The position numbers were made by a program, and so were the translations under genes. Below, piece by piece: positions 37,213 through 47,088 of a stretch of 64,000 bases of DNA. Source of the DNA: an uncultured Chloroflexia bacterium (GTDB taxonomy: Bacteria > Chloroflexota > Limnocylindria > Limnocylindrales > CSP1-4); NCBI GenBank assembly GCA_963828165.1, contig CAWHDR010000001.1, forward strand, positions 2,432,001 through 2,496,000, written 5' to 3'. Every line of letters starts with the position of its first letter. The first letter of the stretch is position 1. Under the pieces are notes generated by a model. It worked only from the letters and a program-made list of their open reading frames with translations, had not been told where the DNA came from and searched no databases.

Positions 37213-39291
37213 ATGGATCTCAACGAGTTTCGCGAATTGTTCCTGAATACAGTCGATGTCCGCGCGGCCAGTGAGGGAGACTTTCGTCACACGGCGTTCG
37301 TCGAGTACGCCTGCGAACAGCTCGGTGAAGCCGGCGAGATCAGCGACTACCAAGTGGCGTTCTATCGCGGCGTGGGGACGAAGAGCCGAGCCTTGGGTGT
37401 CGATGCGTACGCGTTCGACGACGCCGACTCCTCCCTGCGCTTGGTGCTGGCGAATCCCACCCATGCGGAAGCGGCCACCAGCTTCACGACGAGCGATATC
37501 TCGCCCCTCGTCTCGAGGGCCCTCACATTCATCGAAGACGCGATCTCTGGCCGGAGTCTATCGGCGATTGAGCCGTCTCTACCCGCTTGGGACCTTGCCA
37601 ACGACATCAACAAACGTGCAGGCGACCTGGCTCGGATCCGCGTGTATCTCATCACCGATGGGGTGCTCAAGGTTCGGTCGACGGACTGGGCTGAGGGCGC
37701 GATCGGAGCACTTCCCGTGGAGGTCCACGTGTGGGACATCGCCCGCTTCCACCGCATGGCGGAGTCCGTATCGGGGCGTGACGAGCTCGTTATCGACTTC
37801 GCAGCGCGGCAACCTGGCGGGTTACCGTGTCTGCCCGTGGCCGCGGGCAGCTCAGAGTACGAGGCGTATCTCCTGGCCGTGCCCGGCCCACTGCTGGCGG
37901 ACATCTACGACGAATTCGGAAGTCGTCTGCTTGAGGGCAACGTCCGCTCCTTCCTCTCGACGCGACCGGCCGTCAACAAGGGCATCCGCAATACCGCCAC
38001 CAACCAGCCGCACATGTTCTTCGCTTACAACAACGGGATCGCCGCCACCGCCAGTAAGGTAGAGGTCCGGAGCACTCCGAGCGGGCCGTCTTTGGTCTGG
38101 GCCGCGGATCTTCAGATCGTGAACGGAGGACAGACGACCGCGTCTCTCGCAACGGCGCGGCGCACTGAGAAGAAGGACCTAACTGGGGTCTTCGTGCAGA
38201 TGAAGCTGTCGGTTGTCACGGCCGAGAAGTCTGCCGAAATGGTCCCAAGCATCGCCAAATTCGCCAACAGCCAGAACAAAGTGAGCGAGGCGGACTTCTT
38301 CTCGAACCACGAATTCCACCGCCGCATTGAGGGCTTCGCGCGCCGAATTTGGGCCCCGGCGCCGGCGGGTTCCCAGCACGAGACGAAGTGGTTCTACGAG
38401 CGGGCTCGCGGGTCCTACCTCAACGCACAGGCAACGCTCACTCCCTCAAGGAGGCGGCAGTTCCTGCTAGAGAACCCGAAGTCACAACTCGTCACCAAGA
38501 CAGATCTCGCGAAGTCCGAGATGGCATGGGCGGGAGAGCCCCACATCGTGAGCTTGGGCGCTCAGAAGAACTTCCTGAAGTTTGCTGAGTCCGTTTCCAC
38601 TGCGTGGGAAAAGGACAACACACAGTTCCACGAGGGCTACTTCAAGGACGCGATGGTCCGTGTCCTCCTGTTCCGGGCCATTGAGCGCATCGTCTCGGAC
38701 CAGTCGTGGTACCAAGGAGGCTACAGAGCCAACGTCGTCGCCTACACAATGGCGAAGATGCCGCAGGCGATTTCCCACCAGTCCGCAGGTCTGACGTTCG
38801 ACTTTGACAGCATCTGGAAGAAGCAGGCGCTTCCGGATGTCGTTCAGCGTCAGCTCGGGATCGTGGCCAAGGCGATGCATGAGGTGATCACCTCCCCTCC
38901 CAGCCACGTGCAGAACGTCACTGAGTGGGCAAAGCGCGTGACCTGCTGGGAAAGGGCCAGGGAGATCGACGTCGATCTCATGCCGGCGTTTAGGCCCCTT
39001 CTCTTGTCAAGATCGAAGGCACGCGAGGCCGAGGTCGGGGAGAAAAAGCAGCAGAAGGTCGACTCGGGCATCGAAGCCCAGAGGAAGGTCCTGGAACTCG
39101 GCTTGGAGTTCTGGGGCGGCATGCGATCGTGGGCCAACGTACGGCAACTTCTGATCGGTGATGAAGACACCCTGCTCAAGTTTGCGTCCGGCCAAGGAAG
39201 CGGCTTCCCAGATGACCGCCAGAGCGTTCGCCTGCTACGGCTCAAAGAGAGACTGGAAGGCGAGGGCTTCGATCTCACGCGGCCCATCTGA
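37213..39291 (+). CDS. mzaE: AIPR family protein (MzaE-like)
   Basis: GSRLLEGNVRSFL, VNKGIRNT, FFAYNNGI, QIVNGGQTT, NSQNKV, WFYERARGSY. Confidence 0.92.
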   Translation: MDLNEFRELFLNTVDVRAASEGDFRHTAFVEYACEQLGEAGEISDYQVAFYRGVGTKSRALGVDAYAFDDADSSLRLVLANPTHAEAATSFTTSDISPLVSRALTFIEDAISGRSLSAIEPSLPAWDLANDINKRAGDLARIRVYLITDGVLKVRSTDWAEGAIGALPVEVHVWDIARFHRMAESVSGRDELVIDFAARQPGGLPCLPVAAGSSEYEAYLLAVPGPLLADIYDEFGSRLLEGNVRSFLSTRPAVNKGIRNTATNQPHMFFAYNNGIAATASKVEVRSTPSGPSLVWAADLQIVNGGQTTASLATARRTEKKDLTGVFVQMKLSVVTAEKSAEMVPSIAKFANSQNKVSEADFFSNHEFHRRIEGFARRIWAPAPAGSQHETKWFYERARGSYLNAQATLTPSRRRQFLLENPKSQLVTKTDLAKSEMAWAGEPHIVSLGAQKNFLKFAESVSTAWEKDNTQFHEGYFKDAMVRVLLFRAIERIVSDQSWYQGGYRANVVAYTMAKMPQAISHQSAGLTFDFDSIWKKQALPDVVQRQLGIVAKAMHEVITSPPSHVQNVTEWAKRVTCWERAREIDVDLMPAFRPLLLSRSKAREAEVGEKKQQKVDSGIEAQRKVLELGLEFWGGMRSWANVRQLLIGDEDTLLKFASGQGSGFPDDRQSVRLLRLKERLEGEGFDLTRPI

Positions 39292-39463
39292 TGCCGCGTC
39301 CGATCCCGACCAAGGGTCACACTCGAGCAGATCTGGATGCGCCAAGATCTCCCCGTCCCTCGCAGCCAGGCTAGGACGGCGAGCTAGGTGTCACTGAGAC
39401 CCGAGCTTGAGCGGGCGAGGCAAAGAGCTAAAAGGCCGTCGATGAGGTTGCGCGATTTGGGGT

Positions 39464-39904
39464 CTACCCTCGAGGACTCGACTCGCCGACGGTTGGCGCG
39501 CAGCGGCGCCTGATTCTATGGGCGAGTGCGTCAATGCTCTGAAGCGGATCGCACTCCCAGATTGTCTCGACCTGCCATCCGTTCTGGCGGAGCTTCGCTT
39601 CCACCAAGGCGTCTCGATCCACATTGGCGTTGAGCTTGTTGCGCCAGAAGTCGACGTTGGTCCCGGGCTTAGTTGCGAGACGACAGTCTCGATGCTGATG
39701 CCAGAAGCAGCCGTGCACGAAGACGGCGGTACGAGCGCCCCTGAGAACCAAGTCAGGCTTCCCCGGAAGGCTGTTGACATGCAGCCGATACCGGATTCCG
39801 GCGGCGTGCAGCCTCCGCCGGACGCGCATCTCCGGCTGGGTGTCCTTGCCGCGGATGCGACTCATCATCCGACTGCGCGTCGCAGCATCGACGATGTCAG
39901 GCAT
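39464..39904 (-). CDS. vsr: very short patch repair endonuclease
   Basis: RSRMMSRIRGKDTQPE, LPGKPD, FVHGCFWHQH, NVDRD, IWEC. Confidence 0.95.
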   Translation of the reverse strand: MPDIVDAATRSRMMSRIRGKDTQPEMRVRRRLHAAGIRYRLHVNSLPGKPDLVLRGARTAVFVHGCFWHQHRDCRLATKPGTNVDFWRNKLNANVDRDALVEAKLRQNGWQVETIWECDPLQSIDALAHRIRRRCAPTVGESSPRG

Positions 39905-41132
39905 CGGGGTGGTCCGGTCGACTGGAGGCCGTGAGCGACTCGAGCAGGGTGGCGACCGTTGCTAGAGAAGCCCTGTACGCATGGTTCGCGTACGCCGTCT
40001 CGATTAGCGGTCCCGGAAGAAATGGCTGGATTCGTGCCGACACCATCGCGGCGATAACCGATCCCGTGAGCCCTAGGTCCACAGTCAGCAAAAACTTGAC
40101 GGGGATGCGCGCCGCCTCATTCAGGACCTGCCGCCAGCGCTCCTTTGCGGTCGACTTGCAGGCGACCATACGCAATCTGCGTGACGGGAAGTGCGCGTCA
40201 TGGTATTCGGGACATCCTGGCACCAGGAAGTCCGGTCGCTCTCCGGGCTCCGTCTGGCACTGCTCCGTGAAGGGGATGCCCGAGGCACGCAGGAGCGTGG
40301 CGAAGTGGTTTTGGAGGCTCTGGCCTCGCCGAGATTTCCGAGACTGTTGGATGGACATTGCGAAGTCGAGGATCTCAGTCAGGTTCGGACGCGTCGCGGC
40401 CAGCTGTTCATAGCGGGAGCGTTGGACCTCGTCCTCGATCGCGAAGTAGAGGTCGGTCTCGGCCCGGAGTGCTGCAAATAGGTAATCGTCTGGATCGTTG
40501 GGACCTGCGCCGCGGTTGCGGGCGATCTCGTCTGCCGCTGAGGCCATTTCGCGGGTGTTCGGTACGGCACCCTCCCGGGACGCGCGATGGAAGAGGGCGT
40601 GGTCGGTTACGTCGTACAGACCGGCGGGGATCGGCCCGGGGATCGGCCCGTTGTGAGGGGTCAGCTGGCCGGTTATCAATCGTGATTCGGTTTCGTCGGG
40701 CAGGGGAACGTCGAGAAAGCGGAAACGCTCGCGAACGGCGTCTTCGCCGAGCTCGAGTGCGCGGAGGAGTTCGTGCTCGGGTTGCGTGCCAGCCCTTGCG
40801 ATGACCGCGCGAAGGCCATGGTCGTATCGATAAAGAAGGAGCAGGTCACCCTGCGCGGCGTGCGTCGGAATCACGTCGCCGACATAGTAGAGGTGCCACT
40901 CCGACCGCTCCAGGTTGCGCTCGCGGGCGTCGTAGAGAGTGAACACCGTTTCGTCGACAACCGGGGTCTCGCTTGTTGCGCGGAGAATCAGGATCCCGAG
41001 AGGACCGGACCACCGTTCCGCGGGCAGTCCGAGCTCCCGTCGGAGTTCGCCAGCGTGGAACTCGTGCTGATGCGAGCGCCCCGGATCGGTTTCGACGGCA
41101 GATAGGCGCTTGACCGCAATCCGAAGCGCCAC
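39897..41132 (-). CDS. EcoRII-like type II restriction endonuclease
   Basis: N-terminal KRLSAVETD..SHQHEF; C-terminal SRKSRRGQSL.NH, PDFL.PG, KSTAKERWRQVLNEA. Confidence 0.85.
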   Translation of the reverse strand: MALRIAVKRLSAVETDPGRSHQHEFHAGELRRELGLPAERWSGPLGILILRATSETPVVDETVFTLYDARERNLERSEWHLYYVGDVIPTHAAQGDLLLLYRYDHGLRAVIARAGTQPEHELLRALELGEDAVRERFRFLDVPLPDETESRLITGQLTPHNGPIPGPIPAGLYDVTDHALFHRASREGAVPNTREMASAADEIARNRGAGPNDPDDYLFAALRAETDLYFAIEDEVQRSRYEQLAATRPNLTEILDFAMSIQQSRKSRRGQSLQNHFATLLRASGIPFTEQCQTEPGERPDFLVPGCPEYHDAHFPSRRLRMVACKSTAKERWRQVLNEAARIPVKFLLTVDLGLTGSVIAAMVSARIQPFLPGPLIETAYANHAYRASLATVATLLESLTASSRPDHPDA

Positions 41133-41136
41133 GGCG

Positions 41137-42248
41137 TCAACTCGCGGCGGCGAGGCTCGCCCCCGTGCCGATCTGGGAGACGAGGGCCACGGCCAAATGG
41201 CGGATCACGGGAACGACGACGGAGTTCCCGAACTGGCGATACGCCTGTGTATCCGAGACCGGGATGACAAAGCGCTGGTGCACGCCTGCCGCAGGCAACT
41301 CCACCGACTGTACCTGGTACGGGTCCGGGAAGCCCATCAGGCGGGCGCATTCATGCGGTGTGAGACGGCGCGGTAGCCGCGCCGGCCGTGTTGACGAGGA
41401 TCTCCGAGCCATCCTTGTAGTAGCGGGCGCTCAGGGTGCGCGCGACGTCGTCGGCCCCACTAAGCCGAAGCCGAAGCCGTTTCCTGCCGCCCGTGCTTCT
41501 CCGCGTAGCCTGCAGATAAGTCCACAGGTGTGGCTCAGGATGTACTTACGCTACGACCCACGAGGATGGAGGCTGTCGCGGAGGACAGGCCGACGAGTCG
41601 CTGGTATCGGGGGAAATTCGAACCGCGGCCGCCAAAGACCTCGCGCCGCAGGCCGACGATGAATATCCGCTCGCGATGCTGCGGCACCCAAGATGCTGCG
41701 TCCACGAGGCTGTGGCTGACTTCGTAGCCGAGTCGTCGAGCTCGGCCAAGATGACTGGAACGTACGTCCGCTGTCGTGCGAGCGCAGGTTCTTGACGTTC
41801 TCAAGGAAAAGGACCGGCGGCTTCGTGGCTTCGGCGAGCGGACGATTTCAAAGAAGAGGGTGCCACTCTTCTCGTCGACGAAGCCATGCTCCCGCCCGAG
41901 ACTGGCTTTCTTCGACACACCGGCGATGCTGAACGGCTGACACGGGAATCCTGCCGCAAGGACGCCGTATGCGGGCAGGGTGGCTGGGTCCACCGCGCGA
42001 ACGTCTGCCTCGTCGATCGGCCCGAAGTTGGCGGCATAGGTCACCTGGGCGTGACGGTCAATCTCGACCGAATATGCGCACTGACCGCCAGCCTGTTCGA
42101 GGCCGAGCCGCAGGCCGCCGATGCCGGCAAACAGGTCGATGAAGCGAAATGCGGGCTCACCGCCGAGTGGGCGCTGCCAGAGGGTCGGGAACATGCGTTC
42201 CTCCGGGATCGGGGCGGGATCGGTGAGCTGATGGTCGACAGATGCCAT
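41137..42248 (-). CDS. dcm: DNA cytosine-5 methyltransferase, Dcm/M.EcoRII-like; several frameshifts
   Basis: [86 protein letters not shown]. Confidence 0.9.
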
Positions 42249-42249
42249 G

Positions 42250-42501
42250 TCAGCTAGCCTGTCGCTCGTCGCCGAGCAGCTCGAGCGACAACTGATTCGT
42301 CGGTGTTCGACGGGCCTGACTTCGCGGTCGACGACCGGGTTTACCTCTCGAGGCTTCGGCATACCGCCGGACCTCGTCCTCGTCGACCGTCCAGTCGCGT
42401 CCGACCTTGATACCCTCGAGGCTCCCGTTCCGGATCTGGTGTCGCAGCGTCGCTGTCGCCACGCCTAGGCTTTCTGCGGCTTCGGTCAGAGTCACTGCCA
42501 C
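42250..42501 (-). CDS. small excisionase-type (HTH_17) DNA-binding protein heading the R-M operon
   Basis: TLTEAAESLGVATATLRHQIRNGSLEGIKVGRDWTV; stop lies 1 nt before the dcm ATG. Confidence 0.8.
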   Translation of the reverse strand: MAVTLTEAAESLGVATATLRHQIRNGSLEGIKVGRDWTVDEDEVRRYAEASRGKPGRRPRSQARRTPTNQLSLELLGDERQAS

Positions 42502-42503
42502 TC

Positions 42504-42537
42504 GACTAATCTACACGGATGCGTGTAGATTAGTCAA
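42504..42537 (-). promoter_or_regulatory. palindromic operator overlapping a sigma70-type leaderless promoter
   Basis: GACTAATCTACACG-N4-CGTGTAGATTAGTC (14-bp arms); minus strand reads TTGACT-N18-TAGATT-N6-GTG. Confidence 0.7.
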
Positions 42538-42619
42538 TGGGCCCTTGTGTGGGTAGTGGGGCAGTTTGACTCTGCGCGCAACCAGTTAGGCTGTCCAGCG
42601 TCATTGTCGGAGGGGATCG

Positions 42620-42919
42620 GTGGACGAGCAGGATGAGCTTGACGGCCTGCTGTTTGAGTGGGACTCGCTGAAGGCGGCCCAGGTTCTCCGGGAGCATGGA
42701 ATTGACTTCCGGGATGCGATGACCGCATTCGCCGATCGTCTCTCCGCCACGATAGCTGACGACGAGCATTCGTTCGATGAAGAACGGTTTGTGACTATCG
42801 GCGAAATGGCGAACGGCAAATTGGTAGTTGTTGTACACACCCCAAGGGGTAGTAGGATAAGGCTCATAACCGCACGGAGGCCGACTGGGCCTGAGAAACA
42901 TGACTACGAACAAGGTTAG
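42620..42919 (+). CDS. brnT: BrnT family toxin
   Basis: FEWD..KA....HGIDF, HS.DEERFVTIG, VVVHT, IRLITARR. Confidence 0.9.
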   Translation: MDEQDELDGLLFEWDSLKAAQVLREHGIDFRDAMTAFADRLSATIADDEHSFDEERFVTIGEMANGKLVVVVHTPRGSRIRLITARRPTGPEKHDYEQG

Positions 42920-43082
42920 ACGGCAAGATCCTGATGTCTCGGTGGAGTACAACTTCTCCGGGGCGAAGAGGGGCGTCTACAGCAAACAAGCAAAGAAGAG
43001 CATGCGCTACGTGATCGTCAGCGATGCCGAAGATCGCGCACGCCAGGACAGCCAGAAGAAGGCTAGCAAGAAGACGGCCTAG
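42900..43082 (+). CDS. short BrnA-like antitoxin
   Basis: Overlaps the brnT end; EYNFSGAKRGVY motif. Confidence 0.6.
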   Translation: MTTNKVRRQDPDVSVEYNFSGAKRGVYSKQAKKSMRYVIVSDAEDRARQDSQKKASKKTA

Positions 43083-43103
43083 GAAGGTCGCTCTTGCCAC
43101 CGA

Positions 43104-43134
43104 CACGAGGCCCAGCCGAAGCTGGGTCTTCGTG
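43104..43134 (+). terminator. putative terminator after brnTA
   Basis: CACGA-GGCCCAGC-CGAA-GCTGGGTC-T-TCGTG hairpin followed by ATTTATT. Confidence 0.6.
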
Positions 43135-43168
43135 ATTTATTGCCACTTGACACTGGGGTCCACGCTGG

Positions 43169-43245
43169 ACCCGTGAAGGCCGCCGCGAGGCGGCCGTGCA
43201 AGCAGCATCAAAACGACGGGCCACCGAGCGGCGGCCTTCACGGGT
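43169..43245. repeat. 18-bp perfect inverted repeat at the right edge of the island
   Basis: ACCCGTGAAGGCCGCCGC (43169-43186) / GCGGCGGCCTTCACGGGT (43228-43245). Confidence 0.75.
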
Positions 43246-43289
43246 GCACTTCTCGCGGTCATCCCGGACCGCATCGTGAAACTGACCCC

Positions 43290-43955
43290 CTACCCTTTGG
43301 TGTGCGCCGCGTCGCCCATCCAGGCCGTCAAGGATCAGGTCGAGCCCGAACGCGAACTCGACGTCGTCGTCGCAGCGACCGAGGACGCCCTCGTGGCTGA
43401 CCGACATCGCCAGCTCGGTGACGCGGGGGTAGCGGGTCGCCATCGCCGGGCCGAGGAGCTCGGCCACGTCGGGGGAGGGGTCCGCCCGGCCGGAGTCGTC
43501 GAAGAGGTCCTGGTTGAAGCCGAAGATGCGGCTGTCGAGGACGTGCAGGGCGTGATGGGCCAGGTCGAGCGAGAAGCCGCCATCGCGGAGGATCGCCAGG
43601 ACGGACTCGATGTAGCCGATGACCGCGATGCCGCCGGTCCCTCGTTCCTCGAACACGCGCCGGGCCCAGGGGTGGCGCAGCATGACCGCCCGGGCCGCCA
43701 TCACCTGCTCGCGTAGCGCGGTCTTCCAGTCGCCGGCGGCGGCCGGCCGTTCGATCTCGGCGACGATCAGCTCGATGATCCCGTCGAACAGGTCGTCCTT
43801 GCTCCGGACGTGGCGGTAGAGCGCCATCGCGTCGACCCCGAGCTCCTGGCCGAGCTTGCGCATGCTCAGCGCCTCGAGGCCGTCGCGATCGGCGAGCTCG
43901 ATGGCGACGCGGAGGACGCGGTCGCGGTGAGCGGCGCGCGGCGTGGACGCGGCAC
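43290..43955 (-). CDS. TetR family transcriptional regulator (frameshift near start; 3' end uncertain)
   Basis: AIELADRDGLEALSMRKLGQELGVDAMALYRHV, C-terminal FAFGLDLILDGL; GGAGG before GTG 43955. Confidence 0.85.
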
Positions 43956-44025
43956 GGACAGCCTCCCATGTAGGCTGTTCCCACCGCCGCCTCCTATCCC
44001 CGCGGCGCCGCCACCAGGAGAAGTC

Positions 44026-44407
44026 ATGGCTCGCCAGATCGTCTTTGCGGCCAAGGCCGCGAAGCCTCCGGCCACCTACAGTCAGGCCGTCAAGGCGGCA
44101 GGGCTCGTGTTCGTCTCCGGCACGGCGCCAACGGATCCGGCCACGGGCCAGATCGCGGGCGACGACCATCCAGGAACAGACGCGCCAGTGTCTGGAGAAC
44201 ATCGCCGCGATCCTCGAGGAGGCCGGCAGCTCGCTGGACAAGATCGTCAGTGCCACGGTCGTGCTCGCGGACGAGGACGACTTCGGCGGCATGAACGAGG
44301 AGTGGCTGCGCTGGTTCCCGTCGGATCCGCCGGCGCGCCAGGGCGCGAAGCTTCCCGCGAGGATCCCAGGCCTCAAGGTGTCGATCGCGGCGATCGCGGA
44401 GGCGTGA
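44026..44407 (+). CDS. RidA/YjgF family protein (frameshift near 44160)
   Basis: YSQAV, VFVSG, QTRQCLENI, FGGMNE, PPAR. Confidence 0.85.
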
Positions 44408-44454
44408 CCCAAGGCCACAAGCCAGCCAGCGCCTCCGCAACGCTCGCCGCTTCC

Positions 44455-44991
44455 TCAGCCGGCCCGCCAGGGTCGGGGGTCCGACCGGAGAAGCGAGTAG
44501 ATCAGGAGGTCCTGGTTGCGACCGTCGTTGAAGAACGCGCCGCGAGCCGTGCCTTCGAGCGTGAAGCCGCATTTCTCCGCGATCCGCCGGGAGGCGGCGT
44601 TCTCGGGAGCAACGTCGAGCTGGATGCGGTGCTGCTTCTTGGAACCGAACAGGTAGTCAACGAGGAGCTGCACCGCCTCCGTGGTGTAGCCGCGGCCGGC
44701 GAATCGATCGTCGTAGAGCTGGTACGACAGCTCGAACGCGTCCCAGTAGTTGACCGCCTTGAAGAACTCGATGTGACCGGCGATCTCGCCCTCGCCCGAG
44801 ATCATCAGCAGCATCCCTTCCTCGCGCTGCCAGAAGCCGTGTTCGTTGAACTCGCGCTTGAACGCCGACTCGGACTGCACGCCGAGCGGGAAGTACGCCC
44901 CGCGGTTGCGGATGTCGACGTGGGCCGCATAGACGGCGTCCACGTCGGCCTCGCGGATCGGTCGGAGCGTGAGGCGCTCCCCATGGAGCAT
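44455..44991 (-). CDS. GNAT family acetyltransferase (RimJ/RimL-like)
   Basis: ERLTLRP, GRGYTTEA, ENAASRRIAEKCGFTLEG. Confidence 0.88.
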   Translation of the reverse strand: MLHGERLTLRPIREADVDAVYAAHVDIRNRGAYFPLGVQSESAFKREFNEHGFWQREEGMLLMISGEGEIAGHIEFFKAVNYWDAFELSYQLYDDRFAGRGYTTEAVQLLVDYLFGSKKQHRIQLDVAPENAASRRIAEKCGFTLEGTARGAFFNDGRNQDLLIYSLLRSDPRPWRAG

Positions 44992-45130
44992 CGACGTGAC
45001 CTCCTGGATGCGGCACGACGGAAGGACGACGAGGATACCGTCGGCAGGGTCCCCGAGCCAGTGCCAAGGACCGCGGTAGACTGGTTGCGCACTGAACGAC
45101 ATCGGGCCCCGAGAGGACGCGAGGGCCCTC

Positions 45131-46056
45131 GTGCCGTCGGCGCGACCAGCGCAGCTCCTCCGCGAGGCCTTGCCGATGGCCGGGGCACCGACACCTCCAG
45201 GAACCGGGACGCCGCCACCCACCGACGGTGGTGCGCGCGCGGACCAGCCCGCGCTCCGACGCGCGCACCCGCCTGACCCGCCTCGCACCCGTCGGCCTCG
45301 GCGCCGCCCTGACCCTGGCCGCGGTCCTCCTGTTCAACCTCCTCACCCCGAAGGCGCCCGCCCTCACCCAGCGGAACGTCGACGACGCCATCGCCAGCGC
45401 CCTCGCCTCGCAGACGCCGCCGCCGGCCTTCTCGCAGGTCGTCTACCAGCGGGTCCAGCCGTCGCTCGTGCTCATCCAGACCCACGGCGACACCGACCCC
45501 GACACGACCGACGAGGACGACGACGGCCTCGGCAGCGGCGTCGTCGTCAGCCTGGCCGGCGACATCCTCACCAGCCTCCACGTCGTCGACGGCGCGACCG
45601 CGATCGAGCTCACGTTCGCCGACGGCTCGAAATCGCCCGGCGAGATCGTCGGGGAGCAGCCGGAGAACGACATCGCCGTGCTCCGCGCCCTGCGAGCCGC
45701 CGGCGACCATGGTCCCCGCCACGCTCGGCAACCCGGGCGCCGTCACGCAAGGGAGCGAGGCCTACGCCCTCGGCTCGCCGTTCGGGCTGCACGGCTCGGT
45801 CTCGGCGGGCGTCATCTCCGGGCTCGATCGCTCGTTCACGATGCCGGGCTCCGGGCAGACGCTGACCGGCCTCTTCCAGATCGATGCCGCGGTCAACCCG
45901 GGCAACAGCGGCGGCGCCCTCGTCGATCGCGACGGGCGGCTCATCGGCATCGTCACCGCCCTCGTCAATCCCACCGAGGACGACGTATTCATCGGGATCG
46001 GCCTGGCCGTCCCCATCGATGTCGCCGGCGGTGCCGCCGGCCTGCTGCCGTACTAG
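45131..46056 (+). CDS. membrane-anchored trypsin-like (S1C/HtrA-like, no PDZ) serine protease; frameshifted, start uncertain
   Basis: GSGVV, LTSLHV, NDIAVL, GSPFGL, DAAVNPGNSGG. Confidence 0.8.
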
Positions 46057-46076
46057 CCGCACAAGGGAGAGCGAGC

Positions 46077-47088
46077 GTGGATCAGCACGACGGTCAGGAT
46101 CGAGCCGCCCCCATGGAGCGGCTGCTGTACGAGGTCAAGAAGGTCATCGTCGGCCAGGACCACCTCCTGGAACGGCTCGTCATCGCGCTGCTGTGCCGCG
46201 GCCACATCCTCGTCGAGGGCGTGCCGGGCCTCGCCAAGACGATGGCCATCAAGACCGTGGCGGACACGATCGGTGGCGAGTTCAAGCGGATCCAGTTCAC
46301 GCCCGACCTCGTCCCGGCCGATCTCGTCGGCACGCGCATCTACAACCAGAAGACCGGCGAGTTCGGGACGTCGCTGGGCCCGGTGTTCACGAACCTGCTG
46401 CTCGCCGACGAGATCAACCGGGCGCCGGCCAAGGTCCAGAGCGCGCTCCTCGAGGTGATGCAGGAGCGGCAGGTCACGATCGGCCGCGAGACGCACAAGG
46501 TCCCCGATCCCTTCCTCGTGCTCGCGACCCAGAACCCGATCGAGACCGAAGGGACCTACGCGCTCCCGGAGGCGCAGATCGACCGATTCATGATGAAGGT
46601 CGTCGTGGGCTACCCGAGCGAGACCGAGGAGTTCGTGATCGTCGACCGGATGACCGGCGTCGTCCCGAGCGCCCACCAGGTGCTGACCACCGAGGCGCTC
46701 CAGGAGATGCAGCGGGCGGCCGACGACGTCTTCGTGGACCCGGCCCTCAAGTCGTACGCGGTCCAGCTCGTGGCGGCGACGCGGACGCCCGGCAAGCACG
46801 ACCTGGCCGACCTGCAGCGCTTCATCACGTTCGGGGCGAGCCCGCGGGCATCGATCAACCTGATCCTGACGGCTCGGGCGCTCGCGTTCGTGCGCGGGCG
46901 GGACTACGCGCTGCCGGAGGACGTGCTCGACATGGCGTTGGACGTGCTGCGCCATCGGCTGGTGCTGTCGTTCGAGGCCCTCTCGGAGGACGTCTCGAGC
47001 GACCGCATCCTGCAACACGATCATCGATCGGGTGCCCGTCCCGGTCGTCCCGTTGCGATCCGATGACCGCGTCCGCGTCGGCGCCTGA
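46077..47088 (+). CDS. moxR: MoxR family AAA+ ATPase (probable frameshift near the C-terminus)
   Basis: EGVPGLAKT, RIQFTPDLVPAD, LADEINRAPAKVQSALLE, ATQNPIE, EAQIDRF, GASPRA. Confidence 0.93.

Noticed and set aside
42250-42501. HTH_17 gene as prophage/ICE excisionase
   Set aside because: No integrase, att-bearing tRNA or phage genes nearby; tight coupling to dcm favours a regulatory role.
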